Assembly: GCA_050287845.1 (NCBI GenBank)
Contig: JBNKCR010000034.1
Span: 32,001-96,000, forward strand
Direction of reading: 5' to 3'
Source: Polyangia bacterium
Lineage (GTDB): Bacteria > Myxococcota_A > Polyangia > JAAYKL01
Length of the DNA stretch: 64,000 nucleotides
The notes beneath the pieces are model-generated. The model was not told the DNA's origin, did not search any database, and saw only the letters and a list, made by a program, of their open reading frames with translations. The translations under genes were made by a program, and so were the position numbers. Position 1 is the first letter of the stretch. Every line of letters begins with the position of its first letter. Positions 40,090-49,143 of this stretch are shown here, piece by piece.

Positions 40090-41776
40090 CTCTGGTCAGT
40101 GTTTCGGCGGGAGAGGGTGATGCGGCAGTCTCCTGCGGTCTGATAATTCTGGAAAATAAGACGAGGGAAAAAAGTGTGCAGAAGATTCCAGAGGAGATCA
40201 CCTGACCCGCCGTTTGAATATCACCGGGAAGGGGGTTGAGGATCAGGTACATCGCGCCACTGGTGAAGAACGGTAAAAAGAACCATCGAAGCTGATATAT
40301 ACCCGAAATCGAAGTGTGTTGTCGCCGTTCCGGACTGGATGCTCCCCCGAATTGTCTCGCTGCCATGAGAACGATCCAGGTTTTGGCAACGAAAATCATG
40401 AGAGATACAAGCAGCAGCCAGATGCTGCCTGCCCGGGCCAGTTGCGACATTCCGGGAAGCGTCCATCCGCCAAGACAGAAAAACACGACCAGCATTGCGC
40501 CGCTGATTGTTTGAAGCCACGCGGATACATGGACAAGTGGAGTGCATCGGTCTGGAAACCGTCCGGGCCAGAGGAGCGAGATGGCAAGAATACAGCTGAG
40601 CATCATGAGCGGGTTTTCGAAGACATGAAAACCAAAAAGTGTTCTGGATTGCGCCATAGTCAGTTCATACAGACCAAAACTGTTGCCGGCGGCCCCTCCC
40701 ATCAGCAGAACAGTGCACACACTGAAGAGATTTCCCAGCGCGTTGGACAGGCGGTGGGCCAGTGACTGGGTACTGTAGAATAGCAATATCGCAGTACAGA
40801 TGAGCTGGATGGCCACCAGCATGATGGTACCACTCAGATTGAGCATTCCGGCAATGACGACCGCCGGAAAAAGTACGGTAACCAGCGCCGCGGCGGCATA
40901 TCCAATAACAAAGGGGATTGGATTTCGCTGTGGTGTGGCCCGACGGGAGGCTTTTCCCCGCCACATGGGAAGAACAAAAGCCAGAAACAGCCCCATCACC
41001 AGTGAAGTGAGCACAATGGCCACAAATTCATCGGTTTCGATGGTGTCCAGAGCGGGATTGGTATTCACTTTCAGTGAGGTGCCCTCTGGAAGCACAAATT
41101 CCAGTATGTGGGGTTCAGTCAGTGTCAACCCTGCCAGCTCGTCCAGGCTGAACAGGGGAAATCCATCAATGGAAATCAGTCTGGCACCGACAGGGATGCC
41201 GGTTTGCTCGGCAAAGCTGTTGGGAATCACGCCATCCACTGCCACAGAATCGTCGGTCACATTGGGTTCGAGCAGCAACCCGAGCACTTTCATGGTCTTT
41301 TTGGCTTCCCGCAGTTTCAGTGCGTGAATCCTGACGCCGCCGCCGGTGGGACGGAATTCCAGCTGTAGCCCGGGGCTCTGTCCACTCAGGGACACAGCGC
41401 TGTCCAGCTGAATTTCCGGGAAAGACACAATGGCGACACCGTTGAACCGCAGGGATTCCCGGGCAAGAAGGTCCATCTGATACGTCGAAATCGGTACTTC
41501 AATCCGATTTTCAGAAACAGCGGTTCCCCAGAGCTTTCGGTAAAACGGTCTGGCGGGCTTGAGTCCCATGGGCTTGGCTGTACCTTCCAGAACGATGCGG
41601 GCTTTGCCTTCAATGAAGCCCTCGCCCTCAATAACCATCACATCGCCGGGTTCGATGACTTCAGGGGTGATATTCCGGACTGAATACAGGTCGACGGTTG
41701 GAGATTCTCCGCATCCGCCAAGAGGAATCCAGAGTATCAGAAATGGAATCAGAAAGATTTTTTTCACAGCACGCAT
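40079..41776 (-). CDS. Lipoprotein with IPT-like and PDZ-like domains fused to a divergent NuoH-like multi-TM domain
   Basis: Lipobox LGGC, PDZ-like VIPNSFAEQTGIPVGARLISIDG, then many TM helices including FCLGGWTLPG...AKTW, which resembles the NuoH C-terminal half. Confidence 0.6.
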   Translation of the reverse strand: MRAVKKIFLIPFLILWIPLGGCGESPTVDLYSVRNITPEVIEPGDVMVIEGEGFIEGKARIVLEGTAKPMGLKPARPFYRKLWGTAVSENRIEVPISTYQMDLLARESLRFNGVAIVSFPEIQLDSAVSLSGQSPGLQLEFRPTGGGVRIHALKLREAKKTMKVLGLLLEPNVTDDSVAVDGVIPNSFAEQTGIPVGARLISIDGFPLFSLDELAGLTLTEPHILEFVLPEGTSLKVNTNPALDTIETDEFVAIVLTSLVMGLFLAFVLPMWRGKASRRATPQRNPIPFVIGYAAAALVTVLFPAVVIAGMLNLSGTIMLVAIQLICTAILLFYSTQSLAHRLSNALGNLFSVCTVLLMGGAAGNSFGLYELTMAQSRTLFGFHVFENPLMMLSCILAISLLWPGRFPDRCTPLVHVSAWLQTISGAMLVVFFCLGGWTLPGMSQLARAGSIWLLLVSLMIFVAKTWIVLMAARQFGGASSPERRQHTSISGIYQLRWFFLPFFTSGAMYLILNPLPGDIQTAGQVISSGIFCTLFSLVLFSRIIRPQETAASPSPAETLTRVRC

Positions 41777-41964
41777 CAATGATATCAATACCGAAACGGC
41801 ATTTGCGAAATCCAGTTTTTGGCGTTCATTATTCAGCAATTCACAATATTGTGAGAAGCTTGCTATCGCGCGATCAAAGTATTGAAGATTTGCCCGCAAT
41901 GTGTCAGTGTGTGCCTGAATTTCACAGGCAATCATCAAATGTAAAATGCATTTCAGGAGGCAAT

Positions 41965-42540
41965 ATGAAGAGCATCAAAGGAACAAAAACAGAACAGAAT
42001 CTGCTGAAGGCTTTCGCCGGGGAATCTCAGGCAAGGAATCGGTACACATATTTCGCATCTGTGGCAAAGAAGGAAGGCTATGTTCAGATTGCGGACGTTT
42101 TTGAGGAAACAGCCAATCAGGAGAAAGAGCATGCTAAGCGCTTTTTCAAATTTCTGGAAGGCGGGATGGTTGAGATCACAGCATCGTATCCGGCTGGACG
42201 TATTGGCACCACCGCTGAAAATCTGAAAGCGGCTGCCGGCGGTGAGCATGAAGAGTGGACCGAACTGTATCCCGCGTTTGCAAAAGTGGCCCGTGAGGAA
42301 GGATTTGAAGCGGTGGCAGTGGTGTTCGAAAAGGTTTGCATTGCAGAAAAACAGCACGAGAAGCGCTATCTGGATTTGTTGAAAAATGTTGAGACCGGCA
42401 TGGTATTCAAGAAAGATGAGAAAGTGACCTGGCGCTGTCGCAATTGCGGGTATCTCCACGACGGCGAAGAAGCCCCAGCCATATGTCCGGCATGTGCTCA
42501 TCCCCAGGCGCACTTTGAATTGCTGGGCGAGAACTGGTAA
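41965..42540 (+). CDS. rbr: Rubrerythrin
   Basis: NLLKAFAGESQARNRY, EKEH, EKQH, and C-terminal CRNCG...CPAC. AGGAGG RBS. Confidence 0.96.
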   Translation: MKSIKGTKTEQNLLKAFAGESQARNRYTYFASVAKKEGYVQIADVFEETANQEKEHAKRFFKFLEGGMVEITASYPAGRIGTTAENLKAAAGGEHEEWTELYPAFAKVAREEGFEAVAVVFEKVCIAEKQHEKRYLDLLKNVETGMVFKKDEKVTWRCRNCGYLHDGEEAPAICPACAHPQAHFELLGENW

Positions 42541-42554
42541 CCCACTCCTCTGTT

Positions 42555-42746
42555 TCAGTAGTTCGGGGGAACCTCGTTGACAATCTCCTGCACGGCGGTG
42601 CGGAACAGCTCCAGATTCACCACATCGTCCGGTTCCCTGGCTGCCTGAGTCAGGCTGATTTTGGTAGACCTTGCCAGTTTGACCTTTCCGTTCAGTCCGA
42701 CTTTCTCTCCAACAAACTGATAATATTGCAACAGTCTTTTTCCCAT
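42555..42746 (-). CDS. Small conserved-looking hypothetical protein (63 aa)
   Basis: AAAGGA RBS, then MGKRLLQYYQFVGEKVGLNGKVKLA...AAREPDD. Confidence 0.65.
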   Translation of the reverse strand: MGKRLLQYYQFVGEKVGLNGKVKLARSTKISLTQAAREPDDVVNLELFRTAVQEIVNEVPPNY

Positions 42747-43060
42747 GTGGATCCTTTCCCCCCAGGTCTGCGGACATGCTGGCTGCGAACCGGCCACAAT
42801 CCGGGAGCGAAGGTGAGCTGGATCAATGTCCTCTGGCACCACACCGCGCACAAACAGTACAATCGGCGGCGGGACGGAAAAGTTTACCTTGCGTTTTCAA
42901 TTGTGGAAGCACGCCCCATACCGTGGGGTCCGGATAGGACAGGCCCAGCCCGGGACCGAAGAGAGCCATCATACCCATGCGGAAATTGAAGCCGCCATCT
43001 GCGGGTTGGATTCGATATCCCAGCAAGCAGAAGTCACTCGCAGTGGGTGACGGGACTGTT

Positions 43061-44146
43061 TTATTCCACGAGAACGATTACTTCTTCGCATTCCACCGTA
43101 ATATCCACGGTGTGATCCGCACCATCCCGGAGTCTGTCACATGCGTTGTTCTGCATGGTAACCGATGTCCGGTCATCACCGAGCATCCATCCGTTTTCGT
43201 GGTTGTAGGGCAGGCTGTCCCCGTCAATCTGGACGCGGACCATTTTGGGATCGTCGATGGCAGAGGCCAATTTGTAGTTGCAGGGAATCAGTTCAGATTT
43301 GATGGTGGCCATCTGCGCAAGCAGCTCTTCGGTATTCTCAGCGGGATAAAAACTTCCCGTGCCACCATTGGCCGCCCATGTGTTCATCAGTGTCACCGAA
43401 TCGCCCGTCATGTCATATCCAACAATATAAATGTCAATATTGGAGTCGGTATGCACCTGGGCAATGGTGTTGGTGACGCGCTCCTGATCCGCGGGTGTGG
43501 AGCCGTCGCCGCCATTGTCGTCGAGACAGTTGGGCAACCCGTCCGTGACCAGGATGGCCACCCGACGGCTGCCGTCTCCGGGATCGTTGTCCACCAGCAC
43601 TTCCTGGGAAGCGATGAGCGCCTCGTAGGTGGGAGTACCGCCAACCAGTTCTTCGGATTCAATCTGGTAGACTTTGTTTTTAATGGTCTCCGCATTGCTC
43701 CGGGCTGGTTGAATCACGTGATCCCGGTTCACTGTGCAATCCGCATCATTGTATCCGCCGTCCAGAATTGTGGTGGCGAATGGCACCAGCCCCAGACAAA
43801 AATCGTCGTCAAACGTATCTGCAACCTGGACCATCGCCGCTCTCAGCGAATCCCAGCGATCGTATGTATTCAGGCTGCTGCTCAAATCCTGGAGGATGAT
43901 AACCCGGGGAGGATTGGGTTCGGCATTTACCGCGACTTTCTGACACACGTATCCCTGGCTGTCGGAATCCAAATCGATGTACTCCGTGGAGCGTCCTGTG
44001 TCGGTGAGATTGTCGGATGAATTACCGCCGGTGGTGGTGGCGGAATCCAAATTTCCCCCGTCACTGTCCTCTTCGATCTCCGAGCACCCGAATCCGACCA
44101 TCAGAATAGAAATGATCAACCCAAACGATAATTTTTGCATACGCAT
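43061..44146 (-). CDS. VWA-domain lipoprotein (CglB-like architecture)
   Basis: Lipobox GFGC, MIDAS DLSSS, GGTPT, LVTDGLPNC, and Cys-containing C-terminus. Confidence 0.82.
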   Translation of the reverse strand: MRMQKLSFGLIISILMVGFGCSEIEEDSDGGNLDSATTTGGNSSDNLTDTGRSTEYIDLDSDSQGYVCQKVAVNAEPNPPRVIILQDLSSSLNTYDRWDSLRAAMVQVADTFDDDFCLGLVPFATTILDGGYNDADCTVNRDHVIQPARSNAETIKNKVYQIESEELVGGTPTYEALIASQEVLVDNDPGDGSRRVAILVTDGLPNCLDDNGGDGSTPADQERVTNTIAQVHTDSNIDIYIVGYDMTGDSVTLMNTWAANGGTGSFYPAENTEELLAQMATIKSELIPCNYKLASAIDDPKMVRVQIDGDSLPYNHENGWMLGDDRTSVTMQNNACDRLRDGADHTVDITVECEEVIVLVE

Positions 44147-44320
44147 CCAAATGTCCTTCCTCCGTAAGGATAAGCTTATCCTAAGCGAATAGTGTGACGT
44201 ATAATTGAACCATCCTATCGTTTCAACAGAATTTCTGCATCTACAAAACCGAACTATTCTACAAGCGGTCTGAAAAGTGAGAAAATTCAATCACTTTGAC
44301 CGATGAGCGACCCAATGCAC

Positions 44321-44824
44321 TCACCCGGAATGCTGGCGGCCGGGTGACGTTCCGACGTCTTGCCGGGAGTGCAGCAAATTGCTGAGAGCTTCCACGGCAA
44401 GGGGAAAGGCCTGTTTCACTTCGGGTGAAAGTGGATGACCAACACTTTTAAAATCCTTGCCTTCCACGCCAACGAATATCACTTCCCCGGGCATTCGTTC
44501 CGGATGCAGCAGACGCCCCACCCGAATGACTTCATCCAGACCAATATCGTGGGAGGTAACCGGCGATCCCGAAACTCTTTCTATTTTTTGCCATGGTACA
44601 ACCTTGAGCGTACCGGGAGAGTTTCCGGTATTGACCGCATCCACCACCACCACCAGGTCTTCACCTTCAAATTCGGAAAGCAGGTCGAGGCCCCCGACTC
44701 CAAGCATTCGGAAGGTGATATTATCGTCGAGTTCTCCGCTGGTGAAATGCTCAAAAATTTTCGGCCCGAACGCGTCGTCAGCCACCAGAGAATTCCCGAT
44801 GCAGAGTACTTTGATGCTCGTCAT
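44321..44824 (-). CDS. Hydrogenase maturation protease (HycI/HybD family)
   Basis: IGNSLVADDAFG, VVVDA, PGT and TSHD. ATGA overlap with the upstream gene. Confidence 0.92.
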   Translation of the reverse strand: MTSIKVLCIGNSLVADDAFGPKIFEHFTSGELDDNITFRMLGVGGLDLLSEFEGEDLVVVVDAVNTGNSPGTLKVVPWQKIERVSGSPVTSHDIGLDEVIRVGRLLHPERMPGEVIFVGVEGKDFKSVGHPLSPEVKQAFPLAVEALSNLLHSRQDVGTSPGRQHSG

Positions 44825-45276
44825 TTCACTTTTAAATCGAGGGTGCAGGAGTCTCCGGCTGCAGTATGGGCAATCCGGGCCTGTTTTCCAGAGAGCTGTG
44901 CGGTCATGCCGCTCAGATACGCGTGAAAAATTTTGCACATTTCACCACCCAGTTCCGCGTTCTGATTTTTGCAGATGTCGCGAATCATGCAGGGACCAAC
45001 GGTGATTGTGCCACCCTGATCATCGGTTTCCGAGGTGAACTCGAATCCGTTCTGGAAATGCCGGGTCATCACATCCAACACCTGGGCCACAGACGGTTGC
45101 TTGAGGTTCACCGGGATTTTGCGGGCCATGGAGCGACCGGCGGAAACGCCCAGTGGCGCCGAGTTACCGATAACATCTTTCACGGTTGTCGCGAGTACCT
45201 CGAACAGAAAGCTCACTTCGGTGAAGGCGGCGCTGTAATCACTCTGTTTCAGTTCAATTTCGTTATATTCAATCAT
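44821..45276 (-). CDS. V4R/MetOD1-like small-ligand-binding protein
   Basis: AGRSMARK...CMIRDIC...MCKIFHAYLSGM...C pattern. ATGA overlaps at both ends. Confidence 0.7.
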   Translation of the reverse strand: MIEYNEIELKQSDYSAAFTEVSFLFEVLATTVKDVIGNSAPLGVSAGRSMARKIPVNLKQPSVAQVLDVMTRHFQNGFEFTSETDDQGGTITVGPCMIRDICKNQNAELGGEMCKIFHAYLSGMTAQLSGKQARIAHTAAGDSCTLDLKVK

Positions 45277-45524
45277 AGGTATCTCTTTGCTTTGACGCTG
45301 AAATCCAGGTCTCGGTAAAAGTTCTTGACACTGTGAAAGTTCTGCTGACTGATGGCCGTTGAGGGGCAGATGTACGTGCAACTCAGGCAGGCAATGCAGT
45401 CCGCGGCGTTTTTCACAAACACTTTCTGTTCGGTGGCGTTGTATTCCAGAACATCGGTCGGACAGATTTCCGAGCAGATCTGGCAACCGCGACAGGCTTC
45501 CTTTTGAATGGAAATCTCAACCAT
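45273..45524 (-). CDS. 2x[4Fe-4S] ferredoxin
   Basis: CRGCQICSEICP and CIACLSCTYICP. Confidence 0.93.
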   Translation of the reverse strand: MVEISIQKEACRGCQICSEICPTDVLEYNATEQKVFVKNAADCIACLSCTYICPSTAISQQNFHSVKNFYRDLDFSVKAKRYL

Positions 45525-46942
45525 CAGGGCCTCCTTGCAATCTGTCTTGTGAGCGCGCCATTTTTACGCATTTCTACGGTGATGGGCATCTGTCCCACCG
45601 CATGGGTGGAGCAGGACAGACACGGATCGTACAGTCGGATGGCAAACTCCACGCCGTCCAGCAGTGAATCGTCGTCAGCGCCGAATAATTGGACCACCTG
45701 CTCGATACTGCGGTTGATGGCCTCGTAGTTCTGTTGCGTCGCCACCAGCAGATTGGCGCTACGCACGATACCTTTTTCGTCGATTTCGTAGTCGTGAATC
45801 AGCGTGCCCCGCGGTGCCTCCACATGGCCGACTCCTCTCCCCGCCCTCGGTGAAGCCGCTATTCTTGCCTCACCCATGAGCGCAGGATCCTCGCAGATCT
45901 CCACGGCCTTTTCGCATGCATACTGCAATTCGATGAGGCGACTCCACAGCTGCATGATGGTCAGGTGGCACGTGGGCCCGTACCTGGCCTTGTACTCTTC
46001 GAGATGGGCCTGTGCCCCGGGGGTTTCCATCTGGTCAGTAAGGTTCAGCCGGGCCAGTACGCTGACCCGGTACAGGTTTTTGTCGCCAATGGGCTGCTTG
46101 AGAAACACCGGTTTCGTATAGGAATAATCCACTGGCTTTTCCACGATGTAATCGGTGTAATTGGCCACGTTGAACTGGGCAGTCTGATGGCCGGTTTCGT
46201 CGACGATACGGATGTCGCCATCGTAGAAATTCACTTTTCCATCCTTGATGGTTCCCATGTACGAGGACGGCAGGGAGAAACCAGCACAGGTGAGAGAGGG
46301 CAATTCCTCCAGGAAATTGTTCATCATCTCCTTCACGGTGGGCGCCAACTCGTTGTACAGTTTCAATGCTTCGGCGGCCATGCTTTTGGCTTGGTTGAGT
46401 TTTTCAGCGGTCATTCTGGTGGACATCCCACCAATTACTGCAGTAACCGGATGAATGCCGCGACCGCCGATAAGTTCGTTGATTTTCTGTCCGAGGGTGC
46501 GAAGACGCAGCGCTTTTGTTGCCACTTCCGGCATGGCTTCCACCACAGCGGCGATGTCCCTTTTTTTTCGGTCACCGGTGATGCCAAAAATCATGTCCGG
46601 TCCGGCGAGGGCGAACAGACTGACCGCATGGGAGTGAATGAAATGCCCCATGTAGAGTAACTCCCGCTGCAGTTTGGCCGCTGGCGGTGGATCAACGTTA
46701 AACGCCGTTTCGATGGCTTTGACTGCTGCCAGATGATGCGCCGACGGGCATACACCACAGATACGGGCTGTAATCAGAGGCATCTGTGCCGCTTCCATTC
46801 CCACCAGGATGCGTTCGAATCCACGAAGCTCGTTGATGATCATTTTTGCCGATTCCACCGAATCGTCGTCGGCCAGATCAATGAGTACTTTGGCGTGGCC
46901 TTCAATTCGGGTGACCGGATCAATGGTAATTGTTCGCGTCAT
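45524..46942 (-). CDS. Cytoplasmic [NiFe]-hydrogenase large subunit, group 3 (MvhA/HoxH-like)
   Basis: PVTRIEGH, RGFE, L1 RICGVCPSAH, EAPRGTLIH, and L2 YDPCLSCSTH followed by a cleavable tail. Confidence 0.93.
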   Translation of the reverse strand: MTRTITIDPVTRIEGHAKVLIDLADDDSVESAKMIINELRGFERILVGMEAAQMPLITARICGVCPSAHHLAAVKAIETAFNVDPPPAAKLQRELLYMGHFIHSHAVSLFALAGPDMIFGITGDRKKRDIAAVVEAMPEVATKALRLRTLGQKINELIGGRGIHPVTAVIGGMSTRMTAEKLNQAKSMAAEALKLYNELAPTVKEMMNNFLEELPSLTCAGFSLPSSYMGTIKDGKVNFYDGDIRIVDETGHQTAQFNVANYTDYIVEKPVDYSYTKPVFLKQPIGDKNLYRVSVLARLNLTDQMETPGAQAHLEEYKARYGPTCHLTIMQLWSRLIELQYACEKAVEICEDPALMGEARIAASPRAGRGVGHVEAPRGTLIHDYEIDEKGIVRSANLLVATQQNYEAINRSIEQVVQLFGADDDSLLDGVEFAIRLYDPCLSCSTHAVGQMPITVEMRKNGALTRQIARRP

Positions 46943-47880
46943 CAGACTTTCTCCACCTCTTCAATCCACTTTTCGATGAGGAAAGTGGGTTTGTTTCGAA
47001 TCATGCCGCTGGCCATGGCGTAGGCGTAGTAGCTTTTGGCGGATTTCTCGATTTCCTTCACTACGTCCCCGGGGGGAATCTGCGTGAGGGCGGCCATTCG
47101 GGCGGCAACCTCAGTGCGAATATCCCGGTTGGGTTCGGTCAGTATCTGGGGCATCGGTCCATTGCAACCGGTGCAGACCACGCCGTTCTGCGGGCAGGGC
47201 GCCGCGCAGCGGTTCAGGGTCACCGAACCCAGACAGATATATCCCTGACTGAGAAAGCAGGTGTCCTCATCGGGCATGCCGTCCATCACACTTTTAATCT
47301 GTGAAACGTCCGATTTTTTCATGGTCCGCTTGCATTTGGCGCACACACTTTCTTCTTTTGCCCGGGGGTCCCGGTTGTTCACCAGCGACATCATTGCATC
47401 AAAGATGTACGCTGCATGAGGGGGACAACCAGCCAGATACAAATCCACATCTATCACTTCATCCAGCGGCGTGATTTTCGGGTCCATTTCAGGAACGAGC
47501 CGATTGGGAATGATGCCAGCGGATGAATCGGTGGAGGGATTGTTCAGGTACACCCGGTTGATAATATCATCTGCCGTATGGGCCAGCGCCGCGCCGGGAA
47601 TGCCGCCATAAACCGCACAGGTGCCGAAGGCGATGATTTTGTCGCAGGAGGCCCGCATTTTCAGCGCCACTTCGCGATCGTGATCTGTTCGCACCGATCC
47701 CGATATCAATCCAATCTGTGCCGGAGGATACCCCTTTTCATCGGTCAGGAGCGGAGACCGTTGAATTTCGATGACTTTCATGACATCCACTATTTTTTCA
47801 TGCAGGTCCACCAGCGCCACATGGCATCCGCCACACACGCTCAACCACTCTGTATTCAGTTTTATTCTGGCCTTACTCAT
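46942..47880 (-). CDS. [NiFe]-hydrogenase small subunit (MvhG-like), no Tat signal
   Basis: CGGCH, FGTCAVYGG, LAGCPP, VCAKC, CFLSQGYICLG and CAAPCP...CTGCNGP. Confidence 0.92.
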   Translation of the reverse strand: MSKARIKLNTEWLSVCGGCHVALVDLHEKIVDVMKVIEIQRSPLLTDEKGYPPAQIGLISGSVRTDHDREVALKMRASCDKIIAFGTCAVYGGIPGAALAHTADDIINRVYLNNPSTDSSAGIIPNRLVPEMDPKITPLDEVIDVDLYLAGCPPHAAYIFDAMMSLVNNRDPRAKEESVCAKCKRTMKKSDVSQIKSVMDGMPDEDTCFLSQGYICLGSVTLNRCAAPCPQNGVVCTGCNGPMPQILTEPNRDIRTEVAARMAALTQIPPGDVVKEIEKSAKSYYAYAMASGMIRNKPTFLIEKWIEEVEKV

Positions 47881-47941
47881 TGAGTCCTCCCTGTTTCAAG
47901 CATTGATTCACGCATTGGTTCAAACATTGGGATTCAACCGG

Positions 47942-48433
47942 TCAGTCTCCGATGGTCAGTCGTTTGAGACAGGCGTTTTCACCGCTATGAACAATCTGCA
48001 GTTCAGTCTTTTTGCCCATGATGTTTTCGAGGGCTCCGGAAAAGAATCCATACATCATGAAACACAGGGAACCTTCCTGCGGGTGCCCGAAACGAAACAG
48101 GCTCTGCCGGATCATGCAGTCCCGGAATACAAGCATCAGTTCACTGCCCTTTTCGGTGCGTTTCACCAGTTCTTTCTGGTCGGAAGGAATGAAAGGTTCA
48201 AAATGCCAGAGACAATGATGTGCTTCCAGTACTTTTCGGGTTTCCGTCAATGCTTCTTCCACATCGGTTGTCCGTTTGGCGTTCTCGGTCATCTGTTTAC
48301 CCAGCTTGCGTCCGGCGACAAATGTCATTCCATTTGCACTGCGGCCGAGAAGTTCCTCAATGCCACAGGAAATTGCCGGCGCGATGTTCATGGCCTGTTG
48401 CAGTTTTTTTCTGGCTTCCTGAATTTCAGTCAT
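47942..48433 (-). CDS. V4R (4-vinyl reductase-like) domain protein
   Basis: AGRKLGK...DCMIR...LCFMMYGFFSGAL...AC. Confidence 0.75.
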   Translation of the reverse strand: MTEIQEARKKLQQAMNIAPAISCGIEELLGRSANGMTFVAGRKLGKQMTENAKRTTDVEEALTETRKVLEAHHCLWHFEPFIPSDQKELVKRTEKGSELMLVFRDCMIRQSLFRFGHPQEGSLCFMMYGFFSGALENIMGKKTELQIVHSGENACLKRLTIGD

Positions 48434-48458
48434 TGGTTTTTATCCCCCGGCAAGGCTT

Positions 48459-48815
48459 TCAAACGGTCGCGATGATGTCATTCAAGCGTTTTTTGAGTTG
48501 GTAGCGGATGTTGCCGATTTTGGCTTCCAGGTCCGCTGTTACCGCCATAATCGCATCTTCTCCGAGAGTGACTGTGACAATCATCCCCTGGGCGCACTCG
48601 ATCATGCTCAACTGCAATTCACCCACAGCCAGTTGTCGGGCCATCACTTCAGATGAACCGACCCCCGCAGAGATAACTGCGGCCATGGTCTCCATATCCA
48701 CCGTACCACCGCGCATCGAACCTTCGACGACAAACCCGTCTCGACTCACTACCACTGCTGCATTCAACCCTTCAATTTTTGTCAACTCATCCAATAGATT
48801 CTTCAATGTACTCAT
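48459..48815 (-). CDS. Roadblock/LC7 (MglB-like) protein
   Basis: IEGLNAAVVVSRDGFVVE...ETMAAV...IE...G...A...IGNIR. GGAGG RBS. Confidence 0.88.
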   Translation of the reverse strand: MSTLKNLLDELTKIEGLNAAVVVSRDGFVVEGSMRGGTVDMETMAAVISAGVGSSEVMARQLAVGELQLSMIECAQGMIVTVTLGEDAIMAVTADLEAKIGNIRYQLKKRLNDIIATV

Positions 48816-49143
48816 TGGTAGACCTCCCGACTGTTACTTACGGCCTGCGAAAATTTTCATTAAGTCCGAAACCCTATATATCGTAACCAGCCAATTTCAC
48901 TTTGATAGTCGGAAATTTCGAATAAATCCGGGGTGCCTTTTCAACAGAAATCATTGAATAGATGAGCATCCGCAACAGATGGGATTCGGTTGTTTTAAAA
49001 AAAAGACATCGGTTTGAGCTGATATGAATACAAAGGAGGGTTGACGGTGAAGATGATGACCGGGCAGATGAGCCAGTTTCGGGCATCGTGCTGAGGGAGT
49101 GAATGGAGATAAACGCTGACGTTCTGACCGCAGCGAGGGGCTT

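Noticed and set aside
41698..41964. N-terminal extension of rubrerythrin (and similar extensions on the TIR, GH8, rsmD, namZ and cpoB ORFs)
   Set aside because: Downstream ATGs match the expected family N-termini or signal peptides, several with clear RBSs. The extensions are longest-ORF artefacts.
45524..46942. Selenocysteine-containing [NiFeSe] hydrogenase
   Set aside because: Both CxxC motifs are encoded as Cys and the frame has no internal TGA.
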